Notes: generated from the letters alone by a model not told the origin. Shown: positions 8,371 through 19,759, counted from the stretch's first letter. The stretch: DNA of 64,000 nt from Candidatus Heimdallarchaeota archaeon (GCA_018238155.1 JABCTZ010000006.1:72837-136836), one strand, 5' to 3'. Translations and numbers: made by a program.

Positions 8371-9672
8371 ATGGAAGAAAACCAACTAACTGAACAAGAA
8401 ACAGATACTAGAATAGAAGAAGTATTGAACGATAATCGAGCAGATAAAAAGCAAATTAGTCCAGTATTAAAGGTGATTATTCTAGGCATATTGACCTTCT
8501 TTACTATTGTAGCTGTTTCAGTTTTACACGCAAATAAACCAGAATTCCTCGCTAAAGTCAGTACGTATGAGTTATCAGAGTTTCAGGAATCGTTATTTGA
8601 TTCTGTGCAATATGCTTCGTATCTTATTTTCGGTATTATTATAGGAATACTTGCTGATAGATTCGCAAAGCGGAGAATCTTTATTCTTATTGGAAGTGCT
8701 GTTTCAGCAGTTTTCTTCTTTCTAATGACGATTGTGGGTCAATATTGGCTTCTCTTGATTTTCAGGTTTATCCAAGGAGCCTTCACTGTTATGATTTGGC
8801 AGATGTTAATGACTATGATTCTTGATGTTTCTACAGAAAAGGATCGTGGAAGAAACATGGGTATTTATGGCTCTTTACTTGCATTAGGTTTTGGTTTAGG
8901 ACCAATGTTTGGAGGTTTCTTATCTAAGGCGGGAGTTAATGTACCCTACTACACTGCTACTGGTCTTGTCTCACTAGTTTTTATTCTCTCTTTAGTTATT
9001 TTACGAGAAGCAGAAACTACTGCTGATAGACCCACAATTATTGACTCACTTTCAATTGTTAAAAAATATCCCCGAATTATTATCCCCAGTATATTCAATT
9101 TTGTGGATAGATTTACTATTGGTTTTATAGTCTTTTTAATACCGTTCTTCCTTAATGATGAATTAGGGCTTCCAGCTGAAAAAAGAGGTCTCTCTCTTGC
9201 AATCTTTGCTTTACCATTTATTCTTCTTCAATTTCCGATGGGCAAACTAGCAGATAAAATTGGTCGGTATATTCCTTTATTGATTGGTAGTTTATGTTAT
9301 TGTATTGTTTTACCGATGGTAGGCTATTTTAGCGCCAATAATTTTACCGTGTTGTTAATACTGTTAGCTCTTTTAGGAGTCTTCTCAGGTATTTCTGCAC
9401 CTGCTAATATGACTTTAGTTGGAGACTTTGTTAAAAAAGAGGATAATGCTATGGGAATGGGTTTCTTTAATTTCGCCGGAAATTTAGGTGTTACTCTTGG
9501 TCCTTTAGTTGGTAGTTTATATGGCATTTATGGATACAACACAATTTTTCTATCAGCTGGCATTGGAAGAATGATCCTGTTAGTTATTAGTGTTCTCTTG
9601 ATCTTCTTAGTTTTCAAAGAAAAATTACAACCTTCTCCTAAAGGAGCTGTTGAATTAAATACTGAAAAATAA
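8371..9672 (+). CDS. MFS transporter
   Basis: About 12 TM segments; GILADRFAKRR and GKLADKIGR motifs. Confidence 0.9.
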   Translation: MEENQLTEQETDTRIEEVLNDNRADKKQISPVLKVIILGILTFFTIVAVSVLHANKPEFLAKVSTYELSEFQESLFDSVQYASYLIFGIIIGILADRFAKRRIFILIGSAVSAVFFFLMTIVGQYWLLLIFRFIQGAFTVMIWQMLMTMILDVSTEKDRGRNMGIYGSLLALGFGLGPMFGGFLSKAGVNVPYYTATGLVSLVFILSLVILREAETTADRPTIIDSLSIVKKYPRIIIPSIFNFVDRFTIGFIVFLIPFFLNDELGLPAEKRGLSLAIFALPFILLQFPMGKLADKIGRYIPLLIGSLCYCIVLPMVGYFSANNFTVLLILLALLGVFSGISAPANMTLVGDFVKKEDNAMGMGFFNFAGNLGVTLGPLVGSLYGIYGYNTIFLSAGIGRMILLVISVLLIFLVFKEKLQPSPKGAVELNTEK

Positions 9673-9689
9673 TGTTCAAAACTAATAAT

Positions 9690-9715
9690 CTAGATTCCCA
9701 GTAAGAGGAATCTAG
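9690..9715. terminator. Hairpin between convergent genes
   Basis: ctagattcc-cagtaaga-ggaatctag. Confidence 0.45.
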
Positions 9716-9777
9716 TGACTCTTTTCTTTCGATATTCAATAATTTGAAGTGAGAAAAATGAAACGGATAATTACTAA

Positions 9778-10803
9778 TTAAGGTGTAATCACCGTTCTGA
9801 ATTCTGCAGTAAACTTTCTAAGACGATGTTGTACTTCATTAATAGCACCTGCTTCTAGTGGAACTGTTTTTGTTACCACATTAGTTAAGTCAAGTTTTCC
9901 TTTTTCTGCTAATTCAAGTAAGAAAGGTATCTCAGATAATAGGTGATCAGAACATCCAATGATTTCTTTTTCTCTACATATTGCCTCATAAGAATCGATA
10001 TTGAATGGTTGTTTTGTAATTCCGACTAATCCCAATCTCCCAAATCGAGCCAATGATTTAATTCCTTGTTCCATTGTTAGTTGAAGTCCAATTAATTCTA
10101 ATGCGACATCCACACCATCTCCGAGAGTTAGCTCCATTATTTTCTCCACAGGATCATTTTCTTTGGCGTTGATAGGTATCGCTCCTAGTTTTTCTGCATA
10201 AAGCAATTTTTTCTTATCAATATCTACAGCGTAAATCTCTCGAGCACCAAAAACTTTTGCTAACTGCAATGCAGAAATCCCCAATCCTCCTAGACCAAAG
10301 ATTGCTATGTTTTCTCCCGGTTGAAATCTTGTTTTCCTTAGTGCATGAAGCGAAGTTGCTGAAGAACACATCATCACTGAAGCATGTTCAAATGAAACCC
10401 CATCTGGTAGCTTGTATATACCTCGAGTGGGTACAGCAATATATTCTGCGTATCCACCATCAACATCTTTCCCTATCATTTTACCCTTGACACAAAACTG
10501 TTCTGTACCTTGAATACAGTATTTACACTTACCACATGTAATCATATAATTAACACAAATACGGTCTCCAATTTGAAAATCAGTTACATTTTCGCCAATT
10601 TTTTCAATTTCCCCTGCAACTTCATGCCCTAAAGTTATTGGTAAATATCCCACAGGAGAAACCCCCGCTCTATAATGAACATCCGAATGGCAAATTCCTG
10701 CTGCTTTTATTCGAATTAGAACTTCATCTGTCTTTGGTTCCGGTTTTGGAATTTCTCTTTCCTCTAAATCTTTACCAATTTCAATTAATTGAATAGTTTT
10801 CAT
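9778..10803 (-). CDS. Zn-dependent alcohol dehydrogenase (MDR family)
   Basis: GICHSD, GHEVAG, CGKCKYC...C, G.GGLG. Confidence 0.92.
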   Translation of the reverse strand: MKTIQLIEIGKDLEEREIPKPEPKTDEVLIRIKAAGICHSDVHYRAGVSPVGYLPITLGHEVAGEIEKIGENVTDFQIGDRICVNYMITCGKCKYCIQGTEQFCVKGKMIGKDVDGGYAEYIAVPTRGIYKLPDGVSFEHASVMMCSSATSLHALRKTRFQPGENIAIFGLGGLGISALQLAKVFGAREIYAVDIDKKKLLYAEKLGAIPINAKENDPVEKIMELTLGDGVDVALELIGLQLTMEQGIKSLARFGRLGLVGITKQPFNIDSYEAICREKEIIGCSDHLLSEIPFLLELAEKGKLDLTNVVTKTVPLEAGAINEVQHRLRKFTAEFRTVITP

Positions 10804-10965
10804 AGTTTGAGTTATTATCTACCTCATTTAAAACTATTTTATATTATATGAAACAAGCATTAATTGTTCTTGATGGACTCGATTAGAATAAGGATTAATA
10901 TTGTTAAAAAAAAAAGCTTTTTAAGTAACTTGTGAGTCAATCAAAGTATATTCAAACAATTATAG

Positions 10966-13900
10966 GTGTTTCATATTTCCAACTATTACATCGGTACCAA
11001 TGTAGGTTCTGTTTCAGTGAACCTTGTCTATATTGATGATGACGATAATGTTGCTACATTCAAACGACCTCATCTTGGCAATCCAAAACAAGTTCTGAAC
11101 TATCTCTTAGAAGAAAAGATCGGTAAAAAAGATAACTATTATGGTGTTAGTGGTTCTTTTGGTGATATTTCTGAAATTGTTGCAGTAGAACGTGCTCTAA
11201 ATTCTTTCGATGAAAAATTCGATGTTGTTCTCTCTTTAGGAGGGGAAGCACTTATTCTTTATGTCTTAGGAGAAGACGGTCATATCGCCAACGTCATGTC
11301 TCACGATAAATGTGCAGCCGGAAGTGGAGAGTTTTTCATACAACAAATTGATAGATTAGGTCTAACTCTTCCTGAAGCCATTGCACTTGCATTGAAGGGT
11401 AAGAAAACTGAATTAGCTTCAAGATGTTCTGTTCATTGTAAATCTGATATTACACACAAATTGAATCGTGGAGAAGCACTAGTTGAAGATTTATTAACTT
11501 CCGTTCTTGCGAGTATAGTGAGCAAAGTACAAGCTTTGATCTTTCAATCTCGAGCCACTGTCAAACGTATGTTAGTCATTGGCGGTGTTTCATTAAATGA
11601 AGCCTTTATTAAAATATTGCGCGAAGAGATTTCTGGTGTTAATGTAGTAATAAAAGAAGTAAGTCCCGTTTTCGAAGCATATGGAACTGCACTCTTGGTA
11701 CGTGACAAACCTGTTTATCAACAAATCAAGTTAAAAATAACTAAAAGTTTCACATCTAACCCTTCCCTATCTGATTTCGAAAAACAAGTAACAATTATTG
11801 AAGCAACAGAAAATAAGACAAAATTCAAGAGGAACACTGTTTTTCATTTAGGTGTTGATGTGGGTTCTACAACAACAAAAGCTGTATTGGTTGACCCTTC
11901 TGATTCAAGCGTAGTTGCATCTTATTATGGAAGAACAAGTGGAAACCCAATTGAGGCAACAAAGAACTGTCTTGTAGAGCTTATTTCTCAAGTCGGTAAT
12001 CAGAAAGTTTCTTTGGTCGGAGTAACTGGATCTGGAAGATCACTTGTCGGTGCTTTTCTGGGAACACCGGCAATTTATAACGAGATTTCAGCTCATTCCC
12101 AAGGAGCTGTTTTTTATGATCCCGAAGTTGATACCATCTTTGAAATTGGTGGTCAAGACTCCAAATATATGCTCTTGCAGAATGGTGTTCCAGTTGACTA
12201 TGCTATGAATGCTACCTGTTCCGCAGGCACAGGCTCATTTCTGGAAGAAAGTGCAAAAGGTGATTTGGGTATATCTGTTTTTGATATCTCTAAAATAGCA
12301 ATTGATGCAAAGCAACCTATTAGATTCAAAGCTGATTGTGCAGCATTCATAAATACGGATATTCGCACTGCACTACAAGAAGACTATGGCAGAGAAAATA
12401 TCGTTGCAGGATTAGTCTACTCAATTGTTGATAATTATCTAAACAAAGTAAAAGGAGCAAGACAAGTAGGCAAAAAAATCTTCTTTCAAGGTGGCGTTGC
12501 AAAAAATCATTCAGTTGGATATGCATTCGCACAAACAACTGGGAAACAAATTATTATTCCTCCAAACCCCGAACTTGTTGGAGCGTTTGGCATTGCTTTA
12601 ATTGCGAAAATTAAATTCGAACAACATGAAATAACAGAAATGCCAAAATCAACTTCTCTCGAGACTTTGATCAAAGCAGAACTTAAACATCTTGGAAGTG
12701 TTACTTGCAAATCTTGCAAGAATTTTTGCAAAATTGAGCGATATGAAGTTAGTGGTCGACGTTTCTTATTTGGTGGAAGTTGTTCAAAATACGAGCACCA
12801 GTGGAAAGGGTCCGAAAAAACAGCTGAAGTGGAAGACCTTGTTCAAAAAAGAAATGAAATAATGTTTGACGATTCAAATAATAACAAGACGAAAATTTCT
12901 AGAAGTAAAAAATCAATTGGAATTCCTCGAGCTTTGTTAACTCACAGCTTATATCCACTGTACTCCACTTTCTTAAGAGAATTAGGTTATCAAGTCATTC
13001 TCTCTGGAATTGATGATGATAAAGAATTAATGACAAATGCTCCATTTTGCTATCCAATTCAAATTTTGCATGGTGCAGTCTTAGATCTTGTAAAGAGAAA
13101 AATTAAAACGATATTTATACCACATATTGTTAAATTGACAAAAATATATACTTGGAGGGATTCAACATTCTGCCCAATAACTCAAGCAAGTCCTTACATT
13201 ATCTCACAAGCATTTGAAGATACTACTATTTTAAAACCAACTCTTGATTTCTCACGAGGGTATACCAAAGAAAATGCCTTAATCAAAATGGCCGTAGACG
13301 AATTACATCACACTAAAAAATTAGCTAAGAAAGCCTTTCAAAAAGCTGTTGAAGCTCAATTAGATATTGAGAAACAATTCTTGCTTTTAGGACAAGACGC
13401 AATTAACAAATTGAAAGGGACTGATGAAATCGGTATCTTATTGGTCGGAAGAAGCTACAATGCTTTTCCATCTGAAACCTCTCTGAAAATACCAAAGAAA
13501 CTCTCGAGCATGGGTATTACAGTAATACCTTTTGATTTTCTGGAAAAAACTGATACAGACGATATTCCCTGGTATTTTGCAAACTATGTCAAAGTAGCAA
13601 TTGATCTTGCGTTAAAACACGAAAATCTCTACGTACTCTATATTAATAGTTTCAGTTGTACAATAGATGCTTTTATTCAAAATTATGTTAGTACCGAGAT
13701 GACTTCAAAACCTTATCTCTTTTTAGAATTGGATGCACATACTGCAGATGCGGGGATCCAAACACGATTAGAAGCCTTTCTTGAAATTGTTAAAAACTAC
13801 AAAATAAGTGAGAAAATAGACAAAGAAGATTCATTTCAAGTAGCACAAGTAAAACGTAGAAATGGAAAAACAGTAGTAATAACTTCCCAAGGGAAAACTC

Positions 13901-15351
13901 TCGATATAAAAGACTCTCGAGTCAAACTCTATTCACCAAGCTTTTCAAAAAATCATACCGATATCGGTGAAAAATTCATGTCTATGTTTGGCTTTAACAT
14001 GGGTGTTGCCAATGACATTAAACTAGACTACGCCGTGAAAGGATTAAGATGTAGTTCAGGAAAAGAATGTATTCCTCTTCCAATCGTTTTAGGTCAAATA
14101 ATGACTCTTGTTGAAAATAAAAAACCTGAGGAACTTATAGGTATGTTCATGATTCGTGGAGGTTCACCCTGTGCCGTTTATAGCTATTATCATTACATTG
14201 AACAATTTTTAGAAAGTAATAAAATAGAAAATGTTTTCATTTATAGATTGGATTATCTTACAAAGTTCTTAGGTATGAAATTAATTGATGTTTTGCGCTT
14301 TTTCCCAAAAGCAATGGTAATTGCTGATATTATTGATGAAATTGAAAGCTCTCTCCGAGTTGTAGGTGATCAAGATAGTTTAGATTCACTTCAGAGAGTT
14401 TGGGGAGAATTTTTGAACAACATTACCAACAAAAGAAATTTTACCAAAGGATTACCGAGGCTCATTAGAAATATTAGAAAAATACCTCGAAAAGACTCAC
14501 CAATAGACTATCCAAAAGTACTGATCAGTGGTGATTTCTTTGTGCGATTTAGCCCCTTCTTTTTGAAGGAATTACGTGATATTTACAGTGAAAATGGCAT
14601 CATCGTTAAATCCTCAGATTTACTTGAATTAAATTTGTATGGTACAAGTTTTAATGGTGGTTATGAGGTTTTGAAGAAATGGAATAAAGACCCCACGAAA
14701 TTCTTAACTCAATTGAGAGCTTTTCTCACACCTTGGGATCTAGCTTCTAGAAACCTAATTATTTCAAAGATTGTTTTAAAATTTCTACATTCACTTGAAA
14801 GAAGAATTAGAAATCGATTCAAGAAAACAAGATTATTATATGCTGAACCAAATGATATTGGAAAGCTGATAAATCACTCTAGCCCTTATATCTCTCGTTT
14901 AATTTTTGGCGAAGCAATTCCAACAATTGGTAAAGGATTAGAAACTTTGGAAGAGTCTGCATATGATTCTCTGATATTAACTGGTCCCTTTAATTGTCTG
15001 CCATACAAAATATCTCAGGCAATTTTGAAACCTATTTACTTTGAACATAACACTCCTTTCCTAGTATTTGATGTAGATATTACCGCAATTACACCCAACA
15101 CGAAACGATTAATTCATGCCAACATTGAACAAATAAAAAGAAAAAGAACGCAAAATCTTCGTGAAGTAAAATGGTCTCATAGAGTAGAGAGTAGATTGAA
15201 ATCACAAGAAAGAAAGCAAGAACGCAAAAAAGAACGTTTATACAGAATGGTTCAACGGAAAGAAAAAATTTGGTCTCAACAATTAGAGCGAACTGAAAGG
15301 CGACTTAAGAATCGAACGATTATTAATCTGATTAGATGGAGGAGAAAATAG
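10966..15351 (+). CDS. Fused PlsA/Ger-type protein: two BcrAD/BadFG activase domains, DUF2229 and a 2-hydroxyacyl-CoA dehydratase-like domain
   Basis: DKCAAGSG, LGVDVGSTTTK, NEISAH, EIGGQDSK, MNATCSAGTGSF, FQGGVA, CKSCKNFC, IGIPRALL, LDAHTADAGIQTRLEAF, ECIP, PFNCLP. Confidence 0.85.
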   Translation: MFHISNYYIGTNVGSVSVNLVYIDDDDNVATFKRPHLGNPKQVLNYLLEEKIGKKDNYYGVSGSFGDISEIVAVERALNSFDEKFDVVLSLGGEALILYVLGEDGHIANVMSHDKCAAGSGEFFIQQIDRLGLTLPEAIALALKGKKTELASRCSVHCKSDITHKLNRGEALVEDLLTSVLASIVSKVQALIFQSRATVKRMLVIGGVSLNEAFIKILREEISGVNVVIKEVSPVFEAYGTALLVRDKPVYQQIKLKITKSFTSNPSLSDFEKQVTIIEATENKTKFKRNTVFHLGVDVGSTTTKAVLVDPSDSSVVASYYGRTSGNPIEATKNCLVELISQVGNQKVSLVGVTGSGRSLVGAFLGTPAIYNEISAHSQGAVFYDPEVDTIFEIGGQDSKYMLLQNGVPVDYAMNATCSAGTGSFLEESAKGDLGISVFDISKIAIDAKQPIRFKADCAAFINTDIRTALQEDYGRENIVAGLVYSIVDNYLNKVKGARQVGKKIFFQGGVAKNHSVGYAFAQTTGKQIIIPPNPELVGAFGIALIAKIKFEQHEITEMPKSTSLETLIKAELKHLGSVTCKSCKNFCKIERYEVSGRRFLFGGSCSKYEHQWKGSEKTAEVEDLVQKRNEIMFDDSNNNKTKISRSKKSIGIPRALLTHSLYPLYSTFLRELGYQVILSGIDDDKELMTNAPFCYPIQILHGAVLDLVKRKIKTIFIPHIVKLTKIYTWRDSTFCPITQASPYIISQAFEDTTILKPTLDFSRGYTKENALIKMAVDELHHTKKLAKKAFQKAVEAQLDIEKQFLLLGQDAINKLKGTDEIGILLVGRSYNAFPSETSLKIPKKLSSMGITVIPFDFLEKTDTDDIPWYFANYVKVAIDLALKHENLYVLYINSFSCTIDAFIQNYVSTEMTSKPYLFLELDAHTADAGIQTRLEAFLEIVKNYKISEKIDKEDSFQVAQVKRRNGKTVVITSQGKTLDIKDSRVKLYSPSFSKNHTDIGEKFMSMFGFNMGVANDIKLDYAVKGLRCSSGKECIPLPIVLGQIMTLVENKKPEELIGMFMIRGGSPCAVYSYYHYIEQFLESNKIENVFIYRLDYLTKFLGMKLIDVLRFFPKAMVIADIIDEIESSLRVVGDQDSLDSLQRVWGEFLNNITNKRNFTKGLPRLIRNIRKIPRKDSPIDYPKVLISGDFFVRFSPFFLKELRDIYSENGIIVKSSDLLELNLYGTSFNGGYEVLKKWNKDPTKFLTQLRAFLTPWDLASRNLIISKIVLKFLHSLERRIRNRFKKTRLLYAEPNDIGKLINHSSPYISRLIFGEAIPTIGKGLETLEESAYDSLILTGPFNCLPYKISQAILKPIYFEHNTPFLVFDVDITAITPNTKRLIHANIEQIKRKRTQNLREVKWSHRVESRLKSQERKQERKKERLYRMVQRKEKIWSQQLERTERRLKNRTIINLIRWRRK

Positions 15352-15586
15352 GCTACTTGTTGGTTCATCTTTTCTTCATCAATTATTATTTTTTTATTAA
15401 AAAAAGATTTAAATTGAACAGAATTCTTTTAAAATGTAGTTTGAATAAAATAGTATTAATTAGAAATGATGGTTTTTTTACCATAATATTCTAATTAAAT
15501 AACTTGAAACACAAAAAATTATTATAAAAGAAGCGCTGAAAACTCATTGCTCGGTAATGTGATTCTTACTTAGGGAATAGATCAAT

Positions 15587-16465
15587 ATGAAAATCGTTGA
15601 AAATAAACCTCTAAATATACTTTTCCAAGTAGCTATTGCTGTTGGAATTGCTGGACTAGTAATGTTCTTGATTCAAGAAATTATTACTATTTGGACTGGT
15701 ACTGCATATACAGTGATACTTGTAATCGCTGACTTCATTGGAATTATTGCTCTTATTACATTTATTGTGTGGATGTTTCTACCAACTAATAGAGACATTA
15801 CTTTGAATGTTGCATTTATTAGTAGTGCAGTTTATGTTTTATTATACTCATTTGCTCACTTCTTCGTTATACAATATCGAAGTTCAATTGGCTCCGCACC
15901 TTCAACAGGAAATATTCTTAGTGATTTTATAGATTCAGGAGTTAGCTTTATTGGCTTAGTAGCTTTAACATTAATCTCTATAATGATGGTAATTGTTTTT
16001 GCTCTTAGGTTTGTAAAACGAAGTGCAATGCCTGTATATGAGAAATTTGCAACATTGATTTGGTTGTTAGTTTTAGCTATTTATGATTTCGGTGGATTCT
16101 ATTACGTCAAGCAAAGCATAACATATGGAACTTCAGGAGCTCCATTAACAACACTGCTAGGAATAACTTTCTTACCAAATACTTTGGAACTTATTTTCCT
16201 TCTCTTTGCAGCTCTTATTGTAATCTTCAAACTGTTTGGAAGATTGGATAAAAAAGTCGAAAAAATTCTTGTATTGACTTTAGTAAATACTTTCTTCCTC
16301 ACTTTTGCTATTGCTACAGTAAATGCAATAGGCTTTGTTACTTCAATTACAGCACGAATTCCATCTGTGATCGGTAATCATTTCATCATGGCTGGTACAC
16401 TGCTAGCAATAGTTATCACTTTTATCATGTTGGGAAAAGAATATCCTGTTAGATCAAGACAATAG
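15587..16465 (+). CDS. Polytopic membrane protein, unknown function
   Basis: About 8 hydrophobic segments. Confidence 0.7.
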   Translation: MKIVENKPLNILFQVAIAVGIAGLVMFLIQEIITIWTGTAYTVILVIADFIGIIALITFIVWMFLPTNRDITLNVAFISSAVYVLLYSFAHFFVIQYRSSIGSAPSTGNILSDFIDSGVSFIGLVALTLISIMMVIVFALRFVKRSAMPVYEKFATLIWLLVLAIYDFGGFYYVKQSITYGTSGAPLTTLLGITFLPNTLELIFLLFAALIVIFKLFGRLDKKVEKILVLTLVNTFFLTFAIATVNAIGFVTSITARIPSVIGNHFIMAGTLLAIVITFIMLGKEYPVRSRQ

Positions 16466-16484
16466 AAATAAGAAAACAAAATTC

Positions 16485-17012
16485 TTATTTCAAATTCTTC
16501 TTTTTCTTTTTTTGAAAAAAACTGATAATAAATATCGTTGAGAGAACTATTTTTATTGATGAATTTGCTCTGCTTGTTTCTTCCACTGCATTGGAATTAG
16601 GTGCTGTATCTGTTATTACAGCTGTAACTGTGGTATTTTCATCTTTGAAATCCCAATCTAAATGAACAAACCTGATTGAATAATTCAGTGAGACTTCAGC
16701 TAAAAAGCTTCCTTCTCCAATACTTATTCCATGAGCTAAAAGAGTGCTCGATCCTTCTTCTCCAGGAAGAATAGCTAATGTATAGATTGAGATGTTGATA
16801 GTATCTGAGGTGCTTACGAAAGACCAATACAGGGTTTGGTTTTCTATGTGGAAAATACCCAAATCGATATTCAATGCTCTAGAATAAGCTATCTCTTGGG
16901 AACCAATCCACGGACTTTCGGATCGACTCATTTCCATCGATCTACTTAGAATTAAAAATAAAATTAAACATACTATTCGAAATTTATTCTTTCCCAAATA
17001 TTTTACCCTCAA
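16485..17012 (-). CDS. Secreted protein with C-terminal TM and Lys-rich tail
   Basis: Signal-like N-terminus, ends ...IFIISFFQKKKKKNLK. Confidence 0.6.
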   Translation of the reverse strand: MRVKYLGKNKFRIVCLILFLILSRSMEMSRSESPWIGSQEIAYSRALNIDLGIFHIENQTLYWSFVSTSDTINISIYTLAILPGEEGSSTLLAHGISIGEGSFLAEVSLNYSIRFVHLDWDFKDENTTVTAVITDTAPNSNAVEETSRANSSIKIVLSTIFIISFFQKKKKKNLK

Positions 17013-17125
17013 TTAAAGTCAAAATCTAATTCGTATAAAGTTATTGTTAATTATTTTGTGAGAATGATGTTTTTTGAATTAAATTGACGGAAGAAATAAA
17101 TTAGTAATCAGCTTATTTAGTAACC

Positions 17126-17680
17126 ATGCCTTTTACACCGTTTCATTTAGGGTTTGGTGTGTTCATATTTGCAATATGCCCCTTTATTGATATTACAGCA
17201 ATTTTGATTGGAACTATAATCATTGATATAGAAGGAGTTCTTTATTTATTGTTTAAAATTGGTGCATTACATGGCTACTCTCATAGCTTGCTTGGAGTCA
17301 TGATTTATCTAATTCCATGTACGTTTTTCAGTTGGATATTTTACAAGCTGTTAGCAAGAATGACAAAAATAGAATTTAGATTTAACTGGATATTATCTGG
17401 TATCTCAAGTCTAATTGGTCTAATATCACACATCATTTTTGATGGTAGTTTATATCCGGAGATGATGTCTTTGTATCCATTCTCCAAAGTCCAAGGACAC
17501 CTCATAGGAATCATGTCCTATCAAACAGTAATTATTATTTTAATATCTATGTTCGCAGTAGGTGTTCTTATTATAGCAGTAAAATCTTTATTGAGGTTTA
17601 AATTTGAGAAAAATATCTTATTATCCTATAATTTATTGAAACCATTAAACATAGAGGACTCTATACATACTGAATCGTAA
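17126..17680 (+). CDS. Membrane metal-dependent hydrolase-like protein (DUF4184-like)
   Basis: MPFTPFH, DIE, HGYSHS, SHIIFD motifs. Confidence 0.7.
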   Translation: MPFTPFHLGFGVFIFAICPFIDITAILIGTIIIDIEGVLYLLFKIGALHGYSHSLLGVMIYLIPCTFFSWIFYKLLARMTKIEFRFNWILSGISSLIGLISHIIFDGSLYPEMMSLYPFSKVQGHLIGIMSYQTVIIILISMFAVGVLIIAVKSLLRFKFEKNILLSYNLLKPLNIEDSIHTES

Positions 17681-17728
17681 GGCAATTTTTTTCTTCTCTT
17701 GTTTTTTCGATTTCCTAAAGACAATTCA

Positions 17729-18031
17729 TTATTTATGAAAGGGAAGATTAAAATCTCGATTTTGTCTCTCTATCTTTATTTGCTCCAGAAAAGAGCTTAT
17801 TTGATGATCTCTTTTGTGTTTGAATATTTTGTCTTTAAACTTCTTCTCCAAAAGAGCTTCTATCTGAATAAGCAGACGGTCATCGTAAGGTTTGAAATTC
17901 AATTTGCCTTCTGCAGTTCTTTCGATAGTTTCTACTATAGTATAGAGTTTGGAAATTAATCTTTCTTCAATTTCACTATGGATGTTTTGTCTTACAGGAA
18001 GTCTTTCATTGAAGTCTTCTTCTTTTGGCAT
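17729..18031 (-). CDS. Hypothetical protein
   Basis: Probable start MPKEEDFNE at 18031, which avoids overlap with the MBL gene. Confidence 0.5.
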   Translation of the reverse strand: MPKEEDFNERLPVRQNIHSEIEERLISKLYTIVETIERTAEGKLNFKPYDDRLLIQIEALLEKKFKDKIFKHKRDHQISSFLEQIKIERQNRDFNLPFHK

Positions 18032-18128
18032 CACTTGCTCCCTCACAATACTATATGCCGACAAAAAATAAAAGACTTTTGTAAGAAAAAGAAATACGAT
18101 GGAAATATATCCATTGCTCATCGTTTTT

Positions 18129-18893
18129 TCATCTGAATTTATGGGATTCAAAGTAAGCAAGGTGAACAATTTCACATTCTGTTATCAGGTGTCCAAAATT
18201 TAGAATAAAATTCTCATCTGCTAAAGGTCCAAAATGGATAGGAACAAAGTATTCAGGTTGAATGATATCAATTACATCTATGATTTCTAAATCTGTCATA
18301 GTTTGACATCCAGGACCTAAAGGAAGTAATGCTACATCAATTAAACCTGTTAGTTGACTATATTCTTCAATATTCTTGGAATCTCCTGCATGAAAAATAG
18401 TAAACCCATTTATGTTTACAATATAGCTAGTAAAATTCTCTTCTTGAGGATGGCTTGCAAGATACACTTCAACTGGAAGTGTATACATATAGAATGCTGT
18501 GATATCAAAGAGACTTACTTGATATTCATCTTCGGGGTTAAGTCCTATTCCATCAAATGATGCTATGGCTGCTGTCATACATTTTGGAAAAATATTAACG
18601 GTCTCATTTTTTTGTAACATATCAATAATTATCGGTTGGTAATGATCCGAATGACTATGCGTTATTAATATTGCATCTGCAAGTTTAGCACTATAATCTT
18701 CTGGAAGTTCAATGGGATCAATGTATAATCTCATCCCTCGTGTTTCAATCATAACTCCCGCGTTATCTAGTAATGTTAAATTGACTGCATTGTAGTTGAG
18801 TATTGAAAGAGTTATAATTGGTGTTGCAACAGCCGTTACTGTTAACATCACTCCAATACCTATGAAAATTTTAACTCTCTTTGTAAACTTCAT
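18129..18893 (-). CDS. Membrane-anchored MBL-fold metallo-hydrolase
   Basis: YIDP, ITHSHSDH, FHAGDS, VPIH. Confidence 0.88.
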   Translation of the reverse strand: MKFTKRVKIFIGIGVMLTVTAVATPIITLSILNYNAVNLTLLDNAGVMIETRGMRLYIDPIELPEDYSAKLADAILITHSHSDHYQPIIIDMLQKNETVNIFPKCMTAAIASFDGIGLNPEDEYQVSLFDITAFYMYTLPVEVYLASHPQEENFTSYIVNINGFTIFHAGDSKNIEEYSQLTGLIDVALLPLGPGCQTMTDLEIIDVIDIIQPEYFVPIHFGPLADENFILNFGHLITECEIVHLAYFESHKFR

Positions 18894-19014
18894 ACTATCT
18901 AAATTAAAACAGTTATATTAAAACTTCTCGACATTTTGGAGAATTAATTCTCGCCTATATGAGAACAATACTATTTCTTCCCTCGTAGGATTTTTACTAG
19001 TACTTTTAATATGC

Positions 19015-19635
19015 TTAACAAGATTTCAAAGTTTCTTTAATATCATTCTTGTATATCATAATAAGCCAAGCGATATTTTGAATGAATTGATTTATTTCAG
19101 TAAAGTCTTGCCCTTTCAGTAGTTCAAAGACTTTTTCATCAGAATTTTGAATGAATTCGATAGCAAGTTCTTCTCCTTTGGATAACTTCGCCATGATTGT
19201 TTCTATACATTCTTTCGTAAACGTTTTTTCTTCATCAACTTGATCTAAGAGTAATTTGTATGCTTGATAGTTTTTCTTTTTACTTGCCTTAGTTGTTGAT
19301 GTTTCCATTGTGTCATCAAAAAATACTTTGGCTGTTCGCATAAAAATAGAGACACTTTTATTTCTATTTTCATCATCAGTGAAAATTCGTTTCCCTGCTT
19401 CTACTACCAACCCAACATCCCCCAAAGTCCGAATATATCGATATAGTGTTTTATCCGATTTCTCATTTCCTTCAGCTGCATATACCTCTTCAATTTCCTT
19501 TATGGTTTTAGGCCCTGTTCTCAAGACGGTCAAAAGAAGTCCATAATCCTTATCATAGAAATATTTTGAAACCTCTTTATCTTTGACTTTCAAAGTGACT
19601 CGCTGATTGTAGGTTATTACATCTTGTTCACGCAT
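19015..19635 (-). CDS. Winged-helix transcription regulator
   Basis: LRTGPKTIKEI...KSDKTLYRYIRTL...GLV. Confidence 0.75.
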   Translation of the reverse strand: MREQDVITYNQRVTLKVKDKEVSKYFYDKDYGLLLTVLRTGPKTIKEIEEVYAAEGNEKSDKTLYRYIRTLGDVGLVVEAGKRIFTDDENRNKSVSIFMRTAKVFFDDTMETSTTKASKKKNYQAYKLLLDQVDEEKTFTKECIETIMAKLSKGEELAIEFIQNSDEKVFELLKGQDFTEINQFIQNIAWLIMIYKNDIKETLKSC

Positions 19636-19759
19636 CTAAATCTCCAATATATTTGTCGTAACTATGAAATATTAATGTTTTCTCACCTCTTAGGAGTGCT
19701 GAACAAATCACAAACTAGTCGGACAGACAATACAAGTCTTTTCTCAATAGATAAACCTC

